Shown here piece after piece: positions 24,539 to 37,399 of a stretch of 64,000 nucleotides of DNA (position 1 is the first letter of the stretch; the number at the start of each line of letters is the position of its first letter). Made by a program: the position numbers and the translations under genes. This stretch comes from Squalus acanthias. Its lineage: Eukaryota. Under the pieces are notes generated by a model. The model had not been told where the DNA came from and did no database searches. It saw only the letters and a list, made by a program, of their open reading frames with translations. The stretch lies in contig CM059432.1 in assembly GCA_030390025.1 (NCBI GenBank), positions 124,436,001-124,500,000 on the forward strand. Direction: 5' to 3'.

Positions 24539-27450
24539 AATGGCAGGTGGTTGGGAACCTGTGCAGGGAGACAGAGGAAAGGGAAGCAAGGATAGAAGCA
24601 AAAGACAGGAAGGAGAAAAGCAAAAGTGGAAGGTAGAGAAATCAAGGGTGTAAATCAAACAGGGCCACAATAAATAATAATTCTAATAGGACTAAGAGTG
24701 TTAAAAAAACAAGCCTGAAGGCTTTGTGTCTTAATGCGAGGAGCATTCGTAATAAGGTGGATGAATTAGCTGCACAAATGAATGTAAACGGATATGATAT
24801 AATTGGGATTACGAAGACATGGCTCCAGGGTGACCAAGGCTGGGAATTCAACATCCAGGGGTATTCAATATTCAGGAAGGACAGGCAAAAAGGAAAAGGA
24901 GGTGAGGTAGCATTGCTGGTTAAAGAGGAGATTAATACAATAGTAAGGAAGGATTTAGCTCTGATGATGTGGAATCTGTATGGGTAGAGCTGAGAAATGC
25001 CATGGGGCAGAAGACATTAGTGGGAGTTGTATACCCCCAAACAGTAATGCTGAGGTTGGGGATGGCATTAAATGGGAAATTAGAGATGCGTGCAATAAGG
25101 GCACAGCAGTCATCATGGGTGACTTCAATCTACATATAGATTGGGCTAACCAAGTTAGTAACAATACTGTGGAAGAAGAATTCCTAGAGTATATACGGGA
25201 TGGTTTCTTGGTCCAATATGTCGAGGAACCAACTAGAGATCAGGCCATCTTAGACTGGGTATTATGTAATGAGAAAGGATTAATTAGCAATCTTGTTGTG
25301 CGAGGCCCCTTGGGGAGGAGCGATCATAATATGATAGAATTCTTCATTAAGATGGAGAGTGAAGTAGTTGACTCAGAGACTAGGGTCCTGGATTTAAATA
25401 AAGGAAACTACGATGGTATGAGGCACAAGTTGGCTAGGATGGATTGGGGAGCATTACTTAAAGGGTTGATGGTGGATAGGAAATGGCAAACATTTAAAGA
25501 TCGCATGGATGAACTACAGAATTTGTTCATCCCTGTTCAGCATAAAAATAAAACAAAAAAGGTGACTCAACCGTGGCTAACAAGGGAAATTAGGGATAGC
25601 ATAAGATCCAAGGAGAGGACATATAAATTGGCCATGAAAAGCAGCAAACCTGAGGATTGGGAGCAGTTGAGGATTCAGCAAAGGAGGACAAAGGGATTAA
25701 TTAAGAGGGGGGAAATAGAATATGAGAGTAAGCTTTCAGGGAACATTAAAACTGACTGTAAAAGCTTCTATAGATATCTGAAGAGAAAAAAATTGGTGAA
25801 GTCAAGTGTAGGTCCCTTGCAGTCAGAATCAGGGGAATTTATAATGGGGAACAAAGAAATGGCAGACCAATTAAATACATACTTTGGTTCTGTCTTCACA
25901 AAGGAGGACACAAATAACCTCCCAGAGATATCGTGGAACATAGAGTCTAATGAGAGGGAGGAATTGAATGAAATGAGTATTTGTGGGGAAATGGTGTAAG
26001 GGAAATTGACGGGATTGAAGGACGATAAATCCCCAGGGCCTGATAATCTACATCCTAAGGTACTTAAGAAAGTGGCCCTAGAAATAGTAGATGCATTGCT
26101 GGTCATCTTCCAAAATTCTATAGACTCTGGAACAGTTCCCATGGATTGGAGGGTAGCTAATGTAACCCTACTATTTAAAAAAGGTGGTAGAGAGAAAACA
26201 GGGAATTATAGACCGGTAAGCCAGACATCGGTAGTGCGGAAAATGCTAGAGTCCATTATAAAAGATGTAATAGCAGAGCACTTGGAAAACAGTGACAGGA
26301 TCGGACAAAGTCAACATGGATTTACAAAAGGTAAATCATGCTTGACTAATCTACTGGAATTTTTTGAGGATGTAACTGGTAGAATAGATAAGGGAGAACC
26401 AGTGGATGTGGTGTATTTGGACTTTCAGAAGGCTTTCGATAAGGTCCCGCATAAGAGATTAGCGTGCAAAGTAAAAGCTCATGGGATTGGGGGTAAGGTA
26501 CTGACTTGGATAGTGACTAGTGGGGTACCGCAGGGATCGGTGCTAGGACCCCAGCTATTCACAATATATATTAATGATCTAGACGAGGGAACTAGATGTA
26601 ATATCTCCAAGTTTGCAGATGACACAAAGCTGGGTGGGCATGTGTGCTGTGAGGAGGATGCAGAGAAACTCCAGTATGATTTGGACAGGTTGGGTGACTG
26701 GGCAGATGAATGGCAAATGCAGTATAATGTGGATAAATGCAAGGTTATCCACTTTGGTGGCAAAAACAGGAAGACAGATTATTATCTGAATGGCAATAGA
26801 TTGGGAAAAGGGGAAGTGCAACGAGACCTGGGTGTCCTTGTGCACCAGTCGCTGAAGGTAAGCATGCAGGTGCAGCAGGCGGTTAAGAAGGCAAATGGTA
26901 TGTTGGCCTTCATAGCGAGAGGATTCGAGTAAGGAGCAAGGATGTCTTGCTGCAGTTGTACAGGGCCTTGGTGAGACCACACCTTGAGTATTGTGTGCAG
27001 TTTTGGTCGCCTTATCTGAGGAAGGATGTTCTTGCCATGGAGGGAGTGCAGCGAAGATTCACCAGACTGATACCTGGGATGGCAGGAATGACGTATGAAG
27101 AGAGATTGGGTCGATTAGGCTTATATTCGCTAGAGTTTAGAAGAATGAGAGGGGATCTCATTGAAACTTATAAAATTCTAACAGGACTAGACAGACTAGA
27201 TGCAGGAAGGATGTTCCCGATGGCGGAGGACTCCAGAACCAGAGGTCACAGTCTAAGGATAAGGGGGTCAGCCATTTAGGACTGAGATGAGGAGGAATTT
27301 CTTCACCCAGAGAGTGGTGAACCTGTGGAATTCTCTACCACAGAAGGCAGTTGAGGCCAATTCATTAAATATATTCAAGAAGGAGTTAGATATATTTCTT
27401 AAGTCTAAAGGGACCAAGGGATATGGGGAGAAAGCAGGGACAGGGTACTG
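24539..27450 (+). pseudogene. CR1 ORF2: APE endonuclease plus reverse transcriptase, with stops and frameshifts
   Basis: LNARSI, MGDFN, SDH, KSPGPD, NYRPVS, LDFQKAFDKV, GVPQGSVLGP, KFADD. Confidence 0.93.
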
Positions 27451-27769
27451 AATTTGGATGATCAGCCATGATCTCATTAAATGGCGGAACAGGCTCGAGG
27501 GGCCGAATGGCCTGCTCCTGCTCCTATCTTCTATGTTTCTATGTAAACTTCCTTCATACATGACTTTTATCATTTGTGATTTTTTTGTAGGTTTTTTTGC
27601 AACGAATCCTCTAAATGCAGGGAAGTTTGTTCCTCCTGATGCACCATCACCCTGACATTACACTGCCCAAAAATGTTACACAGAAACATCTGTGTAACGC
27701 AACATAACCAAAGTTCACAACCTGCTAATAGCTGCCCATCTGAGATAACCACATGGTAACTTAAAGAGC

Positions 27770-28592
27770 AGAAGAAAGACATGCATTTCCATAGCATCTC
27801 AGGCCCCGATTTTAACTCCAGGTGGATTCCCCGCTCAGGCCTGAGTTAAAATTACAGTCGGGTCTCAATGATGTCATCGGGTATCATGCATATGTAAAGA
27901 AGGACCCTGTTGGCTCCGGGCACGTGTCCTTGCTACCTGCTCAGGAGAATGGGTTAAAATTGCAGATGTTGTGATCATGGTGGACAGGTAAGAGCCAGGG
28001 CAATTTTAACTGCCCACTCACCAGGTTTCTGCTGAGCAAGTAGAGTTAAAATCACATCCTTGACTCACGGAAATGTCTCAAAAGTACTTCAAACACAGCA
28101 AATTACTTTCAAAAGCAGTGGCAGTTGCTTTTTAGGCAAATATGACAGTCATTTTCTGCATAGCAAGTTCCCACAAACACCACTGAGATAAATGACCGGT
28201 TAATCGCTTATAGTGGTGTTGTTTGAGGGTGCAATGTTGGCCAGGAACCTGGGACAACTACCTACTCTTCTTCAAATAATGCCACGGGGTGTATAATGTT
28301 CACCTGAATCACTAATACAAGCAGATAGGGCTGGATTTATCATCTCATCCAAAGGAGGATGGAACATCTAACAATGCAGCACTGCCTCAGGCAATGTTCC
28401 CCCTAATTGTTTTGGGTGTGCGGCCCCTTTAAGGGGCTGCATGGCCCACATGAAATTTGATATTAGAAAAGCCGGTCCTGGGCTGCGCGGGGCCGGCAGA
28501 CAGAGGGAACATTGGTCTCAGGACTATACTAGAGTGCCAGCCTAGAATACATACTCACGTCCTCTAGTGGAGCTTGAACTGACAACCTTCCA
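27770..28592 (-). mobile_element. Old SacSINE1-like copy interrupted by two MITEs
   Basis: Degenerate match to 14645-15100 on either side of ~27801-28040 and 28392-28514. Confidence 0.65.
28392..28514. mobile_element. 123-bp hAT-type MITE
   Basis: TIRs CAATGTTCCC / GGGAACATTG; 8-bp TSD GCCTCAGG / GTCTCAGG. Confidence 0.8.
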
Positions 28593-28610
28593 TGATACAC
28601 TTGACACATT

Positions 28611-29366
28611 GGCCTGGATGTTGCAGCAAGAATAACAGTGAGGCTATCACTGTTATTAAGGAGTAGATCGGACAGCAACTTCTGTCGTCCACACATGCGC
28701 AGCTAAACACAGAAATCAAATTTGTCCTGCTTCTCCACAAGCTTTGTTACACTGGTACCTCGCCGAGGGATTGGCGTTCAAACACATGAAGGGCGTGAAG
28801 TTGCGGTACTTACCCACTAGATACCCACTAAACACGCCAGAAAAAGTTAAGGCTTGTCCATTCAAGTGCAAGTGAATTTTTAACGGTGTGGGAAGTCTTA
28901 ATTACTGCCAACCAACCTCTCTGGCACTGAAAATTTACTTTTACAAGTGTGGAGTCTCATTTCTTCAGATTTTAATTATTGTTGGAGATCTTAAAAAATT
29001 TAAATAATTTTTTTAAACTTTTTCTTTCTGTTTCTTTTACCTCTCTCTTAATCCCATCTTTCTTTCCCTCTCTTTATTTCGCTTTCTGTACATGATTTTA
29101 CACTGAATTAAATATTCTAACTTATACTTCCTGGTTCAGACTCTGCATGCCTCAGTAAGGATTCTTCAATCTGATTGGTTTAGGAGACACGCTGTTACTT
29201 GCCTTGTTCACACAGGTCCCAGATCCCTTGTAGAGGGCTCCGTGCTGTATCGGACTCTCAGTGACCACAAGCTGCTGCGCAAAAGCCCACGAAAAATCTG
29301 TGGGCAGCTGTAAACGTAATAAAAGGCGAGCGCCATTCGTTCACCGGTGACCGCAAAATCCAGGCC
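28611..29366. mobile_element. Harbinger-type MITE (same family as 60344-61081, opposite orientation)
   Basis: TIRs GGCCTGGATGTTGC / GCAAAATCCAGGCC; flanks ATT / AAT. Confidence 0.75.
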
Positions 29367-30662
29367 AATGTTTTATTCCAATGCGAACCCAAGGACAAAA
29401 ATGAGAATACAACAGAGGAGAAATTGGTCTTTGCCAGTATTGTAAAACAGGCGATGGCAAATCGGCAGCCTGGTTTACTCCCCGACTGATTTTCTTTTCC
29501 ACTGAAGTCAATGGAAAAGAAACTCGGGCAGGGTGGGAAAACCTGCCGCCGATTCATTATTGCCTGTTTTGTGCTATTGCCTAAGACCAATTTAACCCCC
29601 CCATGCGTGTAACTCTTTGTAACTGTCCCTCTCCATGTCTGGCCATGGTGGTGGCAAAACTGCGGATGAATTTCTGTGGAGAGTCTCCTGCTCGTCTGTT
29701 CAAAATAATTTGCTCGAAATAACTGCCACCTCACACAGAAAACTCGTTGCAGCCTTTTTCAGGTCCTAAAGTCAACTTCTGCTGGGATATTCCAGCCAGC
29801 TACCAATATGCTTAGGTGCACCTTCTGTTCAAGGAGTTGGGGGACTAGAGATCATGTACTCACACTACTTCTGGTGCGACACAACCAATGGCAGCATTTC
29901 TTGCGGGGGAGAAGGGGGGTTCAGCCCATGGTGAGTACTTGCTGGTTTAGTCATTGGTGGAGACGGAAATATGGAAACAATAAGCATCTGCAACCAGTCG
30001 GTAGATATCAGGAGGTAATCTATTTTGCTTTTGGTTAATTCAAATTGCCAGTGTCTGTTGTAAAAATTAGCTGTGCACTGCGCTGATAGGCAGAAAGCCT
30101 AAAGCCATCCCATACCCATGGCTAGCAGATGGTACGAGGCAGAAACCTCAACTCCAACACTGTGGCTAACAGGTGATATCCTAAACAAACCAAAACCATT
30201 TTAAATACACAAACAAGGTAACTTACCGACTTTGCACTCCTGCCAGGAGCACATATAAGAAATTCAGGCATACGCTGCACCTGATTTTCTGACCATTAAT
30301 TTGAACGGTCGGCCAATGATGCACCAGGCTTACTCGGATTTCCAATATGCTCTCCCAGTGGGCAAAATTGCCCACCAGGAATGCAAAGTCACAAAATGAC
30401 CCTTTCCACTTGCTACAATCATCTCAAATGCATTACATTATATTTCAGTTTACTGTCATATTTGTCTGGAAGCTTTCATATTAAGATTACAATGTTCAAG
30501 CTGAGGAATATTACCCTAGTGATGACTGACAATGAGTAATACATAATACATTCATATGACATTCATTTGTCTGCTGTTTTAACCTGTTTAAATGGTTAAA
30601 ATAGCAGAAATAGGAATGTCATATGAGATCATTAAACACTCAACCATTAATATCATAGTAGA

Positions 30663-31013
30663 CTATAGCTTTTGGGCAGCCTATATTGGCCTATAGCTTT
30701 TGGGCAGCCTTTATTGGCCTATAGCTTTTGGGCAGCCTATATTGGCCTATAGCTTTTGGGCAGCCTATATTGACCTATAGCTTTTGGGCAGCCTATATTG
30801 GCCTTTAAGTTTTGGGAAGCCTATATTGGCCTTCGCTTTTGGGCAGCCTATATTGGCCTATAAGTTTTGGGCAGCCTATATTGGCCTTTGTTTTTGGGCA
30901 GCCTATACTGGCCTTTGCTTTTGGGCAGCCTATATTGGCCTATAAGTTTTGGGAAGCCTATATTGGCCTATAGCTTTTGGGCAGCCTATATTGGCCTATA
31001 GCTTTTGGGCAGC
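30663..31013. repeat. Minisatellite, ~12.6 copies of a 27-28-bp unit CTATAGCTTTTGGGCAGCCTATATTGGC
   Basis: Head-to-tail tandem copies with no spacers; variation is mostly in the first ~7 nt of each unit. Confidence 0.95.
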
Positions 31014-33381
31014 TTGCAGTCTGATGCCATTTTTGATATTATCATCACAAGAAGTGGTACTTAAGCTGTTACCATGACATTTCACATCACAACTCTCAAC
31101 AGCAGAATTGCGGTGCGGCTTTCAGATCTGAACAGGCAGTGCTTAATGGTCTCACAAGAACTACATTGAAGCTTCAAAATGACTTGTTTCCTCTTGACTC
31201 ATTTGAAGGGTGACTAGTATTTTCACAGCTACATGACTAGAAATGCATGTCTAATGCACAGTGCAGCAGAAGGTTTACCGAGAAGAGTGGATGCCTCGGA
31301 GTGATTGCAAAACTTCTTTTTCAGGGATTTAGATGATGTAACACTCCATCAGAACGGAGCTCATGCAGTTAGTGAACGGTTTCCAAACCCTCCAACATAA
31401 CACAGCCTCAAACTCATTCCCTGGTGTCTATTATTTTCAAATGTAAATTCTGTTTCACTTATTTCTGGACATTTTATTCCAGTTCTGAACCATCTTTCTA
31501 CTGCTAATGACAGACATCAATAATATCCCTGATCTAAAATGATATGGGTGATTCCATGATCCGGTACCCATAACAGGAGATGGCACTTGCTGATATAATT
31601 TCAGAAAATCATGGATGCGCAGCCCATGACTTTCTATCCATTATTGCAGCCTGAGGCGTACTCCTTTCGAGAATTCCTTCCCGCAGGGAGTGCAGAATCA
31701 TCCATAATCCACAAAAGGATGTTAATATTTGGTGATCCAGAAATGACAGCACTGATAATGTTGGATTAAATTATTTTCTGTCTTCTTATTTGGCCCGCTT
31801 TTCCCCTTTCATTTAGGTTGTGACACAGGTGTTTCCATGACTGTTCTTCACACATAGGCCTCAGCAACATCCATGTGCGCTCATGCACAAAGGCTACTGA
31901 ACAGCAATTAGGATTGGGGAACCCTGGCTCATTTTGTTCTTTCCTTAACTCAGGGACACTGATGCCAATGTTAGCTTCCCTAGTGCCACCCTGGCTGAGA
32001 TTAACAAACTCAGCAGAGAGTGGGGATTGAACTGGCAGCCTTCCTGGTCTGTGATCCGTCGTTCAAATACTTTCCTCCCTTAGGCCATTTCTTTCGGCAT
32101 TCCCTCACTGCATGGGCTGCTTGCAGGACTCTACCAATACTGCCAACGAGCCACCAGGAGATGAACCAGCACAGCTCAGGGTCATTTCCCCTGTTGATTC
32201 GCTCCCTTTACCTGTGGCAAAGTATTTGATATTGACTTGGCACCACCCCTAAAGAGATAGCAGAAATCAGGAAATTGCTCTGCGTGATATGATAGGAATA
32301 AAGTCACATCCTACCCTGTAAGGAGCAGCACACTATTATGCTTCCCTCAATAATGCACAGTTGAATTCTGGGATTTATCATAGTCAATGTTCATTCTAAA
32401 ATATTAATCTGAGGCAATGTAAATATGGCAATCAACAGCCCCCTTTGAAAGAAATACTTATTTCATATTTTCTTTGTTAGAAGTGAAAGTTTTTTTTAAT
32501 ATGCTTCATTCACCACTGAAGTGGCTATTGAAAATATGCCTTTTTTTCGACAGGAAATGTGAGTCACTGGTCACAAGGTTCAGCTTTATGAACTTTGACC
32601 TGGGCAGGAAATGAGTACGCAGCCAGCACAGTTAGACTCTGCTGGTTATTTAGCACAGAATATCCAGAATCAGTATGAAATATTATTGTGCAAGGTAATG
32701 GTTCTGCCTTTCAACTAATGAGATATCCTTAAGCATTCATTCGAAGAATAGCCTATATATTTTTTTTTAAACCAAGATTAATCTGCAGGGAAAACAAAAA
32801 TGTCAAACTTTTATGCTGCAATACAGCTCAAAAATGTAAGTTTAACACAGACCATGGTGTTAACATAACACTTAAAGAAAACTCTGTGATAGGTCTTTCA
32901 ACAGTGTTCAAGTACACAAACAAATGTTTGGGAGAGGAGTAAGGCATTTTAGGATGGCTTCTCAAGGATAAAGCCAAAATATGGCAGTGAAGGAACCCTT
33001 GCACGTTTATCCAGCTCTGCCTGATCCCTGTATGAATGTTGAACAGACACAGAGGGGCGAATTTTCCAGGCAGCAGGTAGGGAGTTGATGTACAGATCAG
33101 CCAAAACTGAATGGCAGAACAGGCTGGTATACTCCTGTTCCTAAATTCCTATGCATGGACTGTGAAACTGGGCATGCTCACCCAGGGCGCAATGGAACCC
33201 TTCCCCATCACACCTATGATTTTACAACCAGGTTTGCATGTGTAACTTTTTGCATACTGCACGCAAAGGAGGAGCTTATAGTGCCCAAAATATTTCTTGA
33301 TCTTCAGGCATTATGTCCACCTATTCACACCAGGCAATAAAGGTAAGCTTCACGCAAAAGACAGCTGCTAAATGAACATAC

Positions 33382-34154
33382 GGGCCCAGATTTTCCGGGG
33401 CATGTGACCGTGTACGCACAGCTTATGCGGCAGTAAGTGCCCCGCAAGTTCCGGGTATCCGTGTACGCTGCGCATGTGCAAAAACGCGGAACTTGCGATC
33501 TATCAAGATTCAACTCAACAGATCATCCGCATCCCCGGGAAACGGACATTCGCTGGCGGAGAGTGGGGCTGTTTGCCCAACTACTGCCCAGCGAACGCCC
33601 ACGAAACTCTTACGCCTCGTAAATGCAGGGTAGGGCCTTCTTTTACCAGCGTAAGGGTTTAATTAAATATTAAAATAATTTTTTTTAAATCACTTAAACA
33701 TTCAAAATCCTTTAAAATCAGTTTAGGTTATTTTTGGCCCCTTTAAAAATGTTGAAATTTATATTTCAAAAAATTACATTTTTGTTTTAAATGTTTAATT
33801 AAATTGTATTTCAATTAATTTTGACCATGTGGTGATTTATTTTTATTTAGGTTGTGTGAAAGTGTGTTTTTTATGTTATTCCTATTATGCTTATGGGGAT
33901 TCCGTACGTCAATGAAATCCCCATAAGCATGATAGGAATCCCCCTTTCTCCTTGGTTGGGCCGGCCCACATGATCCCAGGGATGCTTGCGAACCACCTGC
34001 GCCCCTGGGATACGTGGGCCTTTACACAGGCCTACGGGTAGAGGCCCAGGAGCACAAGAGTCCGAAGATACGGAGACACCAGGTAGGTGTGTACTTTTCT
34101 GTACGGATCGAAGGCATTCGCCCGCGGGAAGCCTCCGACCGCAATTTCAGGGCC
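33382..34154. mobile_element. Harbinger-type MITE (6168 family)
   Basis: TIRs GGCCCAGATTTTCCGG / CCGCAATTTCAGGGCC; GC-rich ends with an AT-rich centre. Confidence 0.72.
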
Positions 34155-35410
34155 ATTATTCTTGATTGGATTTTGACTAGTTTTTTGGGGAGAGGTTTTT
34201 GTTGGATCTTTACTTGCCTTATGTCACTAGAAAAACAGCCGAATCATTAGTCTCGATTATAAACCTCCCTCGCCCCTAAAATATCGGAATCGAGTAAACC
34301 GACCGCAACCGACCCTATTCTCAGACATGATAATATTTACAGCTGCGATTGAGGCCCTGGATGAGGCTCCTGCTAAAAAGCTTGATAATATCATCATTGC
34401 CACGACTTCTTTTAACCTCACCACAGGGGTGCCCCCATGCTGTCTGTTGCCCGGCAGCAGAAACAGGGCAGGAGGAGCCGACTGGCCAGAGGAAGCCTGG
34501 TTTTAAGCTCCTTGTAAACCAGGAGGAGCAGAGGCGCTCACCCCAGGCCTCACACGAAAGCCTTCTGCCTCCCTAGCCTCAACCACCCCTTCCCAATCTG
34601 GCCGGCTGTCGGGTGGGAGTCTGCGCAGAATTATTTAAATGAGGCCCTGCCATAAAGATCAGCAGGGCCTCCACGTCTCCGGCTTTCCCGGGCTCTTCGT
34701 CCAGTACCTGGGTTCCCCCGCACCCTCCCCACCTCCCCGTTACTGGCGGGGCCATTGTTTCCAATATCACACAGAAAAAAACAATCGTAAAGAAAATCTT
34801 TCTAAGAGTTCAGCACAGCAGGGAGATCCTTAAAGCAGAGGCGATCTGGAAGCTGGTTCCTACGGTACTCCCACCTCAGAAAGCTCCAGGGCACCGAATG
34901 GCAAGCTATAGATTCCAGTGTTGTTTGGTCAGTTCAATGAGAGATTGATAGTGAAGGTTGCCTTAAGCAGCCCAGTCACAGTATTTCATGAACATGAGCA
35001 TTTGCCGCACTATATTCTGCACCAGCGGAAACGAAAGCCCTGACGGTGACCCTGCCCGCCTGGTGCGAGTGGGGCGCATGGGTCGTTGAAATGGTGGTTG
35101 TGAGGTTCACACTGCCTTCTGGATGCATTCCCAGCCTCCGTGATTTTAACTCCCGGGTATTGGGGAGAGTGGAGGCTGCCTGCGGCAGGCAAGCGAGGGT
35201 ATCATAAATACTGAAATGTCCGGGTTCAATGTCGTAATTCGGACCCCGACAATGTTAATGTTGAAAAGTGCAAATCGTGCAATGTCTTGGAGCTGTCCAG
35301 AACAAGCAACATCGGGCCAGAGCTCCAGGTAAGTGTTCATTTCTCTCATTTTTGAAAGGTTCCTGGTGGCTCAGGATGAGCAGAGTGCTTCTCCTGGGCC
35401 AACAAGGAAA

Positions 35411-36650
35411 CTGGTAGAATAGACAAGGGAGAACCAGTGGATGTGGTGTATTTGGATTTTCAGAAGACCTTTGATAAAGTCCCACATAAGAGGTTAGTGT
35501 GCAAAATTAAAGCACATGGGATTGGAGGTAATGTACTGACTTGGATTGAAAATTGGTTAACAGACAGGAAACAGTGAGTAGGAATAAATGGGTCTTTTTC
35601 GGGGTGGCAGGCGGTGACTAGTGGGGTACCGCAGGGATCAGTGCTTGGGCCCCAGCTATTCACAATATATATCAATGATTTGGATGAGGGAACCAAATGT
35701 AATATTTCCAAGTTTGCTGACGACACGAAACTAGGTGGGATTGTGAGTTGTGAGGAGGATGCAAAGAGGCTTCAAGGCGATTTAGACAAGTTGAGTGAGT
35801 GGACAAATACATGGCAGGTGCAGTATAACGCGGATAAATGTGAAGTTATCCACTTCGGTAGGAAAAACAGAAAGGCAGAGTATTATTTAAATGGTGATAG
35901 ATTGGGAAATGTCGATGTACAAAGGGACCTGGGTGTCCTTGTACATCAGTCACTGAAAGCAAACATGCAGGTGCAGCAAGCAGTTAGGAAGGCAAATGGT
36001 ATGTTGGCCTTCATTGCAAGAGGATTTGAGTACAGGAGCAAGGATGTCTTACTACAGTTATACAGGGCCTTGGTGAGACCACACCTGGAGTACTGTGTGC
36101 AGTTTTGGTCTCCTTACCTAAGAAAGGATATACTTGCCATAGAGGGGGTGCAGCGAAGGTTCACCAGACTGATTCCTGGGATGGCAGGACTGTCGTATGA
36201 GGAGAGATTGGGTCGACTAGGCCTGTATTCACTAGAGTTTAGAAGAATGAGAGGGGATCTCGTGGAAACATATAAAATTCTGACAGGGCTAGAGAGAGAC
36301 TGGATGCAGGGAGGATGTTTCCCCTGGCTGGGGGGTCTAGAACGAGGAGTCACAGTCTCAGGATATGGGGTAGGACATTTAGGACTGAGATGAGGAGAAA
36401 TTTCTTTACTCAGAGGGTGGTGAACCTGTGGAATTCTCTATCACAGACAGCTGTGGAGGCCAAGTCACGGAATATATTTAAGAAGGAGATAGATAGGTTT
36501 CTAGAACCAAAAGGCATCAAGGGTTATGGGGAGAGAGCGGGAATAGGGTATTGAGATAGAGGATCAGCCATGATCATTTTGAATGGCAGAGCAGGCTCGA
36601 AGGGCCGAATGGCCTACTTCTGCTCCTATTTTTCTGTGTTTCTATGTTTC
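35411..36650 (+). mobile_element. CR1 LINE 3' ~1.2 kb (RT), inserted in a GC-rich MITE-like element
   Basis: GVPQGSVLGP, KFADD, RPHLEYC; TTTCTATGTTTC tail. Confidence 0.93.
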
Positions 36651-37399
36651 CAGGTTCCACTGCCCCAGGCCTCCCCACCCCCAACCCCCCCCCCCCCCCC
36701 ATCCGACCTCCTCTGGGCACAATCAGCCTCTGCTGCTGCTTGACTCACATAAGAACATAAGAATTAAGAGCAGGAGTAGGCCACACGGCCCCTCGAGCCT
36801 GCTCCGCCATTCAATAAGATCATGGCTGATCATCGACCTCAACTCCACATTCCCGCCCGATCTCCATATCCCTTGGTTCCCCTAGAGTCCAAAAATCTAT
36901 CTATCTCAGCCTTGAATATACTCAAAGACTCAGCATTCACAGCCCTCTGGGCCAGAGAATTCCAAAGATTCGCAACCCTCTGAGTAAAGAAGTTCCTCTT
37001 CATCTCAGTCTTAAATGGCATACCCCTTAACCTGAGACTATGACCCCTAGTTCTAGACACTCCAGCCAGGGGAAACAACCTCTCAGCATCTACCCTGTCA
37101 ATCCCCTTCAGAATCTATGGGCTGGATTTTGTCATTGGGGGCAGGTTGGAGGCGGGTCAGATGGTCGGCGGGTCCTACCCCTGCCTCCGATGTGAGGCGG
37201 GACAATTGAGTGATTTTGCCCTAATTGGGCACTTGATTTCCAGCGTGTGGGAACCCCTGGCCCAATGACTCTTTTGGTCCTGAAACTCGCCTCTGATGAC
37301 GTCATCTATGCAGCTGCATTTAAGGCCTGCAAGCAGCCTTGGTTCATTTTCTGCCTTACAATTTTTTGCTGAGACTTCTGAGGGATTAGTGGTGCAAAC

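Larger units (their letters stand above)
23199..27544 (+). mobile_element. Near full-length CR1 LINE (5'UTR, ORF1, ORF2, 3' tail), inactivated
   Basis: CpG-rich 5' end; ORF1 and ORF2 as annotated separately; 3' hairpin and TTCTATGTTTCTATG tail. Confidence 0.95.

Noticed and set aside
30663..31013. CRISPR-like array
   Set aside because: Units are contiguous with no unique spacers, there are no cas genes, and the context is vertebrate.
31100..31750. Possible Crypton/tyrosine-recombinase remnant (KFCNHS on the minus strand)
   Set aside because: Only a 3-residue motif among stop codons; it needs a profile search.
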